Shown here: positions 39,001 through 51,000 of the stretch, piece after piece | Layout of the letters: each line of letters begins with the position of its first letter | How positions within the stretch are numbered: the first letter of the stretch is position 1 | NCBI GenBank assembly: GCA_002633005.1 | Contig: NMRA01000074.1 | Coordinates: 748,971 to 810,633, forward strand | DNA length: 61,663 nt | Source of the DNA: Phoronis australis | Taxonomy: Eukaryota; Animalia; Phoronida | Direction: 5' to 3' | The notes under the pieces: model-generated | Databases searched by the model: none | What the model was told of the DNA's origin: nothing | Seen by the model: the letters and a program-made list of their open reading frames with translations, nothing else | Made by a program: the position numbers and the translations under genes

Positions 39001-42000
39001 AAAAGTATAAAAAACGGTTTTAAGGATTGTTTTTAAAATGTTTCACTTTTGCGTGAGTGGCTACCAAAAATTATACATTACATGGTAATTATGAATAGAC
39101 GCATAGGTTAAGTTGCTTAAAACGAGAATGAAACAACACCTAAAAATGTAAAAGTGTTTTTGAGATTTCTTCGTGAACAGTTATACCAAATGAAAATGTG
39201 TCATTTTATCGATACCGTTGTTTTGGTACGTGTGGCACCATCTTGTTTATTAAATTAATGACTGGTTAGCATGAACTCACTAAAACACCAAAGTCTACAG
39301 ACTTTTTACTTTCAAAACATACATACAGCTACAGAGTAAATTAAAGTCATTGTGTACATGTAGATTGTTGGCTTAATGAATCGTCTTGTCGATAAGATCC
39401 TATGATTTGAACAGAGCTCAAATCACTTAGTACCGAGCACTCAGGAAACACAAACCTCAGATAAAACATATACATTTTTATACACTTCAATCGAAGTCAA
39501 GAATTCATCCTGATCTTAGAGAGCAACTGCACTATAAAACTATGCTGTGGTTACCTTGACATGAGACGACCGATATTGTTCCACTACTGCCGCATGAATA
39601 GTCCTTTTCAGTAGTTCCATCAGCAAACTGGTTGCCAGGGTTACAAGTATACCTGACTGTCTCTCCGTAGTTGACTGTACTGCCTGTTACATTCTCAGTT
39701 GATAACACGCCGGTCGGAACAGAGCACGTGATAACTAAGGAAAAGAAAACGTAGCTACGATCTTGATGAAGACCGTAACGCACAGCACACGTGGTGCTAC
39801 AGCTAAATTATTTTCAATTTAAACTGCATTACGTCGCTTCTTAGAAGGACTCCGTAACCATGTGTTGACCAAATAACGAATATTGATTACAACTACAGTG
39901 TACATTACTAAAATGTTCATAACAAAACAATTTCTGCAATCCTCAAGGGTTTGGAGACAGTTTGAAAGTTTCACGTAGTCTGCGAAATGGGCAAGAATGA
40001 CTAATCCTTAATTCGCATGAGTAGGTCTACAAGTATATGGACTGCTGTGCAGAATGGACTCCATCTTGAACAACACTGATTCCATTTAGCGACAAAGTGA
40101 GGATTTGGCTTTAACTATTAGAGTATACAGTACAGCTCCCTCTCAGGAACCGAACGAGCAGTGGACTTTCCTTATACGAAATTGGTTTGTGATGAAATCC
40201 CCAAAACAGGATTTAGTATGTTTTTAAAAGAGGTCATTACTTTATAGACACGTGAAACCGCCAGTTTTAATGCACTTCGGATTCAAGTTTCCCAATTTCG
40301 ACGATGTCTCGTTAAATGAGTTCCAACGTATAGATAAATCTGAAGCTTTGCCAAGGAATGAATCCTCGTTCAACTGCTTTAAATCGCTGCCTTGTTGTTG
40401 ATCTGTTACGAGCCGGCAGCTGACATTCTTAGATAGAGAGAAACTAGGGGGAGCTTCTTGGGCCGATCATTTTCCTGTATAGTCATATCCGACGCGTCCC
40501 GGGCCGTGGAACACATCATACGAACGGAGGATTTGGTTAATTATTACACGTGTTTAATGTACAGCGTACACTCAACACGTTCAACCACCTGCTGTTTCTG
40601 CCACTCCCATTTATTTAAATGTACAGGATACAGGTAGGCTATGTTGTTTCATTGTCCTTTAGTTGTTGGGAACACTAAACAGACACGTTGCACAATCCAC
40701 TGGGGTGGTATTGGCGATTTTTATTACCTATGCCTAGAATTAGTAACAATGTTACTTAATTGTACAAGTATATCCACCAACACTTACTACTGCAGCCGCT
40801 GGCATTCACGTTCCCGCTGACGCACTGTGCTTGCTTCGAAGTCGTGTTGTCACTGAATCGATATCCCTGCGTACACGTGTATTCAACCATTTGGCCATAC
40901 GTCAACGACGAAGTGTTTGCAGCGCCATTTGCAATGGCGGTGACATTACAGGTTATGACTACAAAGTAAAGGCACGGTCATTATTATGGTGCAAAACGCA
41001 TTTGGGGGTTAGTTTAGGTAGGGATTACGCAAAAAAGCTAGCTCTGCCTACATACATGTATATCAAACCACAGACTGCGTCGTGCTTTTGCAATTTTATT
41101 AAAAATCTTCGATTCCTCAAAATGGCCGTTATCGGCGAAAACCAACCCGAAGCAAGTACCCGCCCCGGCCATACTTTTACATGTATTTCCCGCGCACCTC
41201 GATTTTACACAATTTCCTATTATGAAAGAGAAGCGAGCATCACGTTGAGCGTGGAATTCCTCTCATGGTGTAGTCTGCTCAAGTTACAAATCAACTTTGT
41301 CAGACTGTATTGGAACATCATTTCTATCTATTTTGTGTTTCTTTTGGGCATATTTGTCTTCAGAGTAAAGCAATCAATTCCAAACCCAATACAATTCTTG
41401 ATATGCACTCCATCTCATTCGAAAACTACCTTTTGCCTCTGCTGGCAGTGAATGTTTGTGAGACAAGATGGCGATCGATCGCCATTGACAGAATTAGAAA
41501 GGTCTTTACCCTGGCAGTCATTAGCAGTAATGTTTCCACTTGAACACGAACGAGTCTGGATAGTGGTAGAACCGTCCGTCAGGGTGTACCCGTTGGTACA
41601 CGTGTACTGGACAGCCTGGCCGAAAGTTACTGATGACGCGTTGGCAGCGGCGTTTGCGACCGAGTTGACATGGCACGTGATAACTGAAAAAATACATGTA
41701 CACATAGCCTGCGTATTCAAAAGCAGACATGCAATGCTTGTCGATTTTTAATTGCCGATGAATTTTATTTTTTAACTTTTGCAAGACCGGACGTGCGTTC
41801 AGTAAACGCTAGGACCTACGCTAGGACCTAGCTAAAACCTAGTCAAAGTCACGTGCTCTCCTTTAAAATGCACGGCAATATCTCACGTAATCTCGCGAAG
41901 TCTTGCTTTTTAGCGAGGTCCTAACGTTACTGAACGGGAGGCTAGTATGAAGCTTCCCAGCGCTTTTCGAGTTCCAACTCCAACTATTGTACATGATATT

Positions 42001-45000
42001 TTTCGTAATACAAGTGAGTATTAAAAACAAGGAGTTGGTGGAGAAATTATTAAAGAAGCACCAAATATGTGCGTATTAGAGCGGAAGTAAAAACAATAAT
42101 TATTGATCAAAAGGCGAAGCAGAAACTTTCAAAATAGCACTTGAGTGAAACTTAACTCATCACATCCCCAAAAGTTGATTAATGTTGACTATACATGTAC
42201 TTGTAATCATCCAAGCAGAAATTCACCTGAAGGCAATTGTAAGTTGGGATACATGTACATGTACTTCTTCGATAATGTGGGAAAAAGTTTCCATGGGTTG
42301 TTTTTCAGATTGGAATCACATTTTTGCATCACTTAAAATACAAACAATGATAAACAAGCTTGAAAAAGAACAACTCAGAGCGTTGAAAAGCAACCACGAC
42401 TGCACCGTAAACGGTGTGCTTCTAGGGGTGTTTATTTGTACAATAAACATGGCCATTAGATGGCTCGTAATACATTAAATTCATTAAATGGAAGGTTATC
42501 TATAGTAGTCGTTTCTCAAAATTATTTGCCAAAATTTTATGAAAATCCGTCAAAGAAATCCAACGATAAAAAGACAAACGTAAAAAAGCATTGCCATTAG
42601 GAACCACAGCAGTAGTTGAATCCATCCATCTACTCTCAGGTTAATAGGAATACAAAATACAAAATTTCAAAAACATTTTGTAAGAGAATTAGCAGATATA
42701 GACTTACGGTAGACGTGAAAAATGTCACGAGGGGGTACCACGTGAGTCATGCTCTTGTCAGTAGGAGCACATCTGCCCATTCTTATAGCGATCCTATGGG
42801 CGGTTTGGCAGATACAGAAGCAAACGACAAAATATAACTGAAATATAATTAAAATCAGGCCCGAAGACAGGGTTCGACCGAACCTCTTCCCGCGGACAAG
42901 GTCCATCACCAGCCTTTCCGGTAAAGATTGACAACAACAAAATTGTTTCAGCTACTAGTACAACTAACCACAATCATGGCCAAGTTATTATTAATTTTGA
43001 ATTTGCTTCCAATTCAAAGCGCTTAGTGGTGTTAGCGTACATGTAGATGACAGGAAAGCGCAGACGATTAGGAGGCTTAATGTTATTCGTCTGCATTGAA
43101 CGCGCGTGGTGACTACACCATAGAGTAACAAGGGAGTCTAGATGTGAATGTCTATAGAATGGTAAGCTATATACTGAGAAATGCCCGACGAGAATGTTCA
43201 TATTATTAGAGAAAAGTAGGTATAATCCTAATAAAAACTTTGCTCAGTGATGAAAGCCTTCTTTTATCAACCAGTGTCAATGGTGCGCAGCCTCGCACTC
43301 TTCATACAAGCAACAAACTTCGTTGAAACAAATTCCAAGGTTACTTGCCACTATTCCGAAGGTTCACTACTCCAAAAATTCGCTATCTTCGAAAGTTCAC
43401 TTTAGTTTCAAATGTCCACAATTCCGAAACCAGACCTTTGACAATTCGTTACTCGTGAATCTTAAATGTATCTAACTATTCATTCTCAAGAAGGGACAAC
43501 TTCTAGCATGGGTTAGGGCTGCGGCGACCAATGGCAGTTTTAAATATAAGCATACTAAATGGGACTCTGTGACTTCGTAAAGAATGGTAGGGACAGGGTA
43601 GCCTACTGACTACATTTAGTTTCGACCAGGTCGTGGGAGTCTCGAGTAGTTCCGGTAGGTGAGGTTGGAGCGCAGCGGTCATAAACTTTTCAGTCGCTTT
43701 GTGAAATAATGCGACCTTGGCGTGGATTTGAGGAATGCATCGTGGTTGATAATTTATCAATAGTCCTACATGTACTTCATATTCTTTTAAAAATGCAAGT
43801 CCAAATATACTATTTTTTCTGCATTCGTAAGACATGTGGGCAATTTTGCATGCGCATAAAATCCAAACAAATGGTTTTAGTAGGGCACTGCTTTTTTCCA
43901 GTGTATCTAATAACCGAAGAATCGTTTTTTTTCATGTAAAAGCAAGAAATTACACCGGAATCGGAAATCTTGGATATTTTCGATGTAGCGAACTTTCACG
44001 CAAGTGAACCTTCCAGTTTCAGCGATGTAAGCAACTTGAGTTAAACGCAAAAATACAGCCAGATAAAAAAATTGTGAAGTCAGTCTACGAGTAAATATCT
44101 CTGTTCGATTTGAAAATTTGGCATGACGAAACGCGAGAACGTTCTCTTTTTGGACCACACTACATCCGGCGAATAGTATCGTCCTGGATTACTGGATTAC
44201 ACACCGACACTCGAATCTCGCTGTATTTACCCACAAAGCCGAAAACATCTCTTAGGCACATTTGCTGCCTCGTTTTCATGCCACGGGACTTTCACAATTT
44301 ATTTGTTGTTGCCTTATTCTTTTCAAGTTAAATTTTCCTCGGATCCATTACTCCATTCGTCCTTCCAATGCCAACGCAGTATTACTGCTGTGTTGTAGGC
44401 TGCAATTCCGATGTAAGAAAGTTTGATAAACTGGACAAAACCAGAGGATGCGTGATCTGAAACGTTGTGCATTCCCGACATCAATGAGAGACACGGAAAG
44501 GTGCCTGGTTTCCAAAACTAGGCCAAGCATTTTAATACCACCGGGTCAAAGGAGAGTTCTGTCACCGTGTAATCCGGACAGCCCTATGTGTGTCCCGTTC
44601 TTTGCGCGCAACCGTCAGGACATGCTCCGTTTCTGGTATTACGAATTCTGTCTCATCCAAGGGACACAAAGCTGCTAGTTATCGATGTGTATACATATTC
44701 CCTTTAATTAAGATGCCTCAAGGGCATTACCGAAAAATTCAGTGTGGGTGTTTTGTAAAATATCAAAGGTACACTGTTTTTAGAAATTCGAACCATCACC
44801 CGCTTAATGCTGGCTACGGGCCTGAAGATGACCTTTTGTTGATGTAGGATATGTCGAATCCATCCAAAAGCGGGAATGTGTCGTTTCTTTAAAAGAAATT
44901 TATATGTATTTACAAATTTCATAAAAATCTGTCTATGAGCTTCAGAGAAACAAAGAAAAACGTAAAAAAGAACTTGAAACTAGGAGCACAGCGTTCGTAG

Positions 45001-48000
45001 GAAAAGAATGTAAGTCATCATCAACCGTTGTCAACTTCATATAAATACAGTACACTATAGAAATTTAATAAAGATCTTGCATGGCGTTCAAGCGATACAG
45101 TCATAGATGCAAAAAAGAAAGCAAAACTGCCACTAGGGGCGTCACAGTAGTCGAAGTCGTCCGAAAATCATTGTCACCCATCCTCTTCATAGTAAGCACA
45201 TAATATGCCTATTTCCACAATCATCGATAGAGTGGTTTGGTTGATAGACGTGCGGACGCGAAAAAACAGACTCCAAAACAGTCAAAATGACCACCAGGTG
45301 GCGTAAAATACCTCAAATCCACCCGAAAACGGAAAGAAAGCGTCATCTCACTAATAGATGCTTACATGCAAAATTTTATGAAAATCCGTTGAGGACCTTT
45401 GAAGATACAGAGGTAAAAATATAAAACTAAAATTGCCACTAGGGAGCACACTGGTAATTGGATCCATCCGAAAGTTCGATCATGGCCCCCATCCATAAAC
45501 AAAAGACATGTGGATAATTTCATGGACATACAACAAAGACGCCGCACACTGGACGGAGGCCGGACAGAAGAACATGGATGTTGGCATAATGTACCCATAT
45601 ATAAATATGTGGGCGCATAAAAACACACAAAGATACATACATTTACAGGGGTAGCCGCCTATGCCTCAAACAAAGTAAAGGTGCATGCACCAACATGCAT
45701 ATGCAAAACACTTGAGCAAACGTATTGACAGTAGACGCAAGGACCCAAACAAATGCACACAGTGTGTGTGTCAAAAGGTTCACGTTATTGTGACATCTTA
45801 TGAAGAAGATCAGCATTTCAGGCACGAGTACAAACCTTGGCAAGGAATGGGTGTGATGCTTCCGTTTGTGCACGTGACATCCTGCGTACTTGACCCACCA
45901 GGGATTTCATATCCGTTGTTGCATGTGTAGCGTACAACGTCTGTGTAGTTGAGAGTCGATGACACATTTGAGGTACCCTGGGTTACGGCGGTGACATTGC
46001 AGATGATACCTGCAGAAGGGCAAGTGACAAACACCAATGTAGATTACCGTATTTTGAAGACAGGTCGTTACTTGGGGTGCAAAGTCACAGTTAGGTCCAT
46101 GAAGTTTGGAGTTGGTACAACCACAGTTTTCAATATATTTTACAATAAACGCATAACTCAAAATATAGCAAGATAGTGGCATTTTTATTGGCTTGTCCGT
46201 GGGGGACAAGGCAGATCCTAACCTCAGTATAAATCTCTAGAGATATACAGAACATGTACTTTGGATCGAACTGGGTAAAAGTAGTACGAAATAAAATCTG
46301 ACACAAAATCAATGCGTTTAAAATGTAAGTCCTTTTCTGAGTAAACGTGGATTATCGGGCTAAAAATTTTCTCGTCATTTTGCTACGCAGCTAGTGCTAA
46401 GCTGCTGTGTTTAGTCTTTCAGCTTTGAGAAGCACTGCAAACAGGTCTTACTGTCTTTATCTTTATTTCAGAGGAATGAATCCTATTTTAAGCACCCACA
46501 GATTTTCTTTATCACGGATACGAGTAAACACTCGTGATACTCTGAATTCTAGATTTGAAGGTTCGTATCCTACAAATGTAACTTCCATCCGCTCCTGACC
46601 ATGTCACATTTTGAAAGCATTACGATGTACAGCGTAGGAAAAATATTCCAAATCTGGAAAAACGTGGCGCCTTCGGTACAGCAACTACGACAGTCCTTTG
46701 GTTAACTTTCAGTTTTTAGAGTAAAATGAACTTACCTTGACATGACCTGACAGCAGGAAGCCAGACGGTAGAATTATGACAAGTGGTAGTGGCGGAAGCG
46801 CCATATTCAGCTGACGAGAACCAGGAACCTTGCGGACACTGGTATGTTACGACGGTGCCTTCTGTCGTATTTTGGGTGTTGACCACCACGTCCGTAATGT
46901 TGCTGCAAATCGCCACTAGAACGAAAGCCAGCACAATAACATTCCGGAGGCCATTTTGAAATGCGATATCACTGCGTCTGCCGTTGAGCGTTAAAAGTCC
47001 CCTGTAGTACATTAGGTACGATTTTGCCTTAAAGAATACAACTTTGTATGCCGAACAAAGAAAATGCTCGATGTCAAAATTGCTGAGTCATGTTTTTCGA
47101 AATTCCAAGATCGAGAATAGCCCAATTTTGATCAGCTGAAACATAATGTTATCACGGCAAGGAATTTTAAGAGAACGATTAGGTAAAAGTAAACAGTCTT
47201 ATTTCGATTTTCGTTCCCAAGCGGCCAGGCAAGGCGAAATGGAGCAGTAAGTAACAGAACAATACAAAAAAAAACATAAGTTTTCAACATTAGCCTTGTT
47301 GGTAAACTACTGCCAAATATCACGAGCAAGTGGCCAACTGTCCTTTTTCTATTGGCCGATTGCCAGGTGTTTTAGGGGATGTGTTTGCTTTCTCGCATCA
47401 CTCATTTAAGTGGGCTTGCGTTCTACGGTACTTCATTATACATGTCTTTCCATTTTGTAAAATGTCAATCTTTATCCAGTCATTATTGTTTTGCATTCTC
47501 TCCACGTGGACTTCTCGATACCCACTAGTTGCATTTTAGCATGTAATCTATTATAATTGTAATGCCAACAAATGGTTCATTTTTCATACATAGAGCTTGG
47601 CTGAGACGCAATTGATATTTGCGAGAAGTAGCGTGGAAATAGTTTGCTAACCGTTAATTTATTTAAACAATCCAACACAACACACTCTCTTACCAATCAA
47701 ATCGGCGGTGGCCATTTAGGTTGTGTACAGAACGAATATTTTGCTAACGTGGCGAGTATACAAAATACCAAAATTTCACTCATGCGATCTTGCCCAAGCT
47801 CGTCAAAATAGAAAGCTTTTTTACAAAGCACTGACTTCCACATGCCTCAACATATGCGCTTAGAAATACAAGTACTTTAAAAAACATGGGATTCCGACCC
47901 ACTCAAATCGCTAGACTACAAAATAAATATAGACGCTATTTCCAAAACGCTTTAGATGACATTTACCTGCGGCTTTTTCGCACAAGACGTTAAAAGTTGA

Positions 48001-51000
48001 GGTGGCGTCAGATATCTTGCTTCGTACAATTATAGCAGCGTTTACGTAAAAAAAGGAAGCCGCCTGGCCAGTACCCGTTGGGGTGTATTTGCTATTTTGT
48101 ATATGCGTGCCATCATCCCACGTCAGAGAGCCGTTGAAGGAGCCGAGGTAATGTGTCGTGGAACCTGCTACCACGCTTGAAGTGAGAAAATTCAGAAACA
48201 TTCACAGACGACTGATTACAGTAACTAGGCATATTGACAGCATTTCACTTGTTTTGTTAGAGAACGTGAATCATTTTTGTCAGGAAAACTGTCCGTATAC
48301 TACAACTGACTATTGCTTTGGCTGACCACAAAAGAAAAAAATATTGCATAGCGTAGAAACGAAACATATGAACGACATCGATAGAAACTCATGAGTGACG
48401 GTGGAGGACTTCCTATCCTGGGTACAGTCCAATTATTACATGTACGTACACATGTAAGCCAACCACTGGCTAAAGAGTATTGTCCTAATTATTTTGAGGC
48501 AATAAGGTATGATTGCGAAGTACAGTGTACTTGACGTCTCTCTTTGTCCGCTAGAGTGCGCAGTTGACAATGACTTGCTTCTAAAGCCCGAATAGACACG
48601 TTTTCATGTCGTTCCGCTCTAGAGAGTCTTGTTATTTGCCCGCTCCCGGCCTAAAATATAGGGGGGCTCGAACCTTTGACAATCTGGACTTTTTACTACC
48701 AAAACATCGGGGTACCCCGTTCAGAGCTATGAATTGTGCATTCGCGCCATTTTGTGGACCTTTGTCTCGTTTTCTCGGACTTTTTGTTATCTTGACCAAA
48801 TTTACTTTCAAAGTAATACAAATGTCAACAACGCCTCTGTCAAAAAGTACATAATCTATACACTAGACATGACCATCGTAGTGGTTTGAGATCCTCCACC
48901 CCATATGTAATTCCTCCGTCGTTCAGTCAGGCATTCAGAAGGTCTACAGTAATGATGTGCACCAAAAACTGGAATTCTTTTCCAGTCTCTGTTAAGGAAT
49001 GCAACTTTTTTACGAGTATAAAAATAATTTTTGAACTGTTTTTCATAACTTTGATAATTCAACAGCCCTGACTCAATTCTCTCTTCCCCGAGAAAACGAA
49101 ATAGCATTGTACAGACCTAGATGCGGTGTTTTCCTCAACACCAAGAAGTTTAGGGACAACTTTAGTAATGTCTCTCCAAACTGTAAATGTGGTGACCATC
49201 AATCTTATCCTCATGTTTTCTTCAAATGTCCCTTCATCGAATACTTGAGAGACTCAATCTTTTGTGCACTCAATGAAAACCAATGCTCTTAATTATCGTA
49301 ATAGTATCCCTACTAAAATTGCATTATTATTGAATGGTAGTCTTAACTTTGACCTTGTTCTCAATGAATTCCTCTTAAGTAATGTTAGCAAACTTTTATG
49401 TATCGCTTATAAAAATTGTTGCTTCTGATTTCCATACATATATCTGTACATGTTTTTGTTTTTATACGTTCGTAATAGCATATCTAAATATTGTAATACT
49501 TATATTAGATACTACTTACATGTATATACCTCTATGTATAATACTTTCATTTATGAATTGTCTACAACCCAGATATAATGCTTCGCGGGGCATTCTAGGG
49601 AAGTAATCCACATGGTGGTGCTGCGACCAAACAAGTTACAGGTCGTCCGTCAGTCAAGAATCATGGACGGAGATAAGTCCTAAGAGTCGTCAGTGGCGGA
49701 TCCAGGATTTTGAGTTGGGATGGCAGGGCAGAGTATTAGCCAGGGTTTTGCCTGTCAGACATTCGCACCCCTGAGCTGCCAAATGGAATATGGGAAAATT
49801 TTAGGGGGGCATAGCCTACTTAAATCCGCCACTGGTCGTAGTTACCCTAACCACTGAAGGATAAATTAGTATTTTTGTAGCAAAATTAATCATTTGATGA
49901 ATGTCTTTGGCACCGACTTTTAACATTGCTTATTTCACTCTAGTACAAGCCGTACATTCAGCGTAATAATGTCACACGTACAACTCCGAGTCGTAACGTG
50001 AACCCCTGTCGAAGACAAGGATGCGCAAACAATATGCATGTTTCACACAAATAAGACCAATTTTTACTGTTTCCACTAGTTCATACGAACCCTGAATGCA
50101 AATACGAACCCTGAATGCAAATTTGAACCACTCATTGATCAGCGAGCGATAGTAAACAGCAGTCGTACACCGGTGGCCACCGGGCGACTGAAGTCGTGAT
50201 CGGATGGCGGCTAGCAGTAACAAATTGGAAAAAAAATAATTGTACAGTTCCGGAAAAGTAACACTGGAATACGAGGACGAAAGGTTTAATCTTCGGTGAT
50301 CAGACAGTCAATAACCCTCTAAGTACCACGAGGACAAGCTTTTAACATGTGTGCCTCGATGTCGCCCGTGAAAGTTGGAGAACACTTTTATTTTGTTTAC
50401 TCGTGGCATGTTGGAAAACGTGAATAACCCACTGCTCCTCGGTCATTCAAAGATGGCGCATAACACGTACGTAAGATTACTCTGCAAATTGAATAACAAG
50501 AGAATAACAGGATAACGGAAAAACAATATTTTAGGATCGGTAATTATCACACCGATAATAAGTGTACATGTATTTTTTTTTAAGTTATCATTTTTGTCTT
50601 CCCTCCTTTTTATCAAGAGCTTCCAAAAGCTTCATAAATATTACAACCTTGCATCAAGGTTCGCTTACTGAAGTTCTTAGATGCCGAAAGTGGGGGGGGG
50701 GTAATCGAGTGCGTTGAACTCGAAATTTCAGACAAGTCCGGCATCAAAATATTCATTTCTCCATCAAATTTAGACCGGTAAGCTGTACTGCGTTATGCCT
50801 AGGAAACTCAACAATTTGTCTGATCTTGGTGGACCTCACCAAAGTCCCTAGTGGCAGCCTTTGCATTTTTCGGGACCGCCGCTGGATTTAGCGGTACGCA
50901 CTAGACTGGCATGATACGTACATATACGGTGAGCTTGACGATATCACGTAAAATCGGTCTGACTAGTGAAACTGAGGCGATTCAGGTTCGCCACTAAACA

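Noticed and set aside
40831-41751. Plus-strand ORFs of 206, 99 and 77 aa
   Set aside because: They are antisense shadows of CCP exons 7 and 8 plus intron
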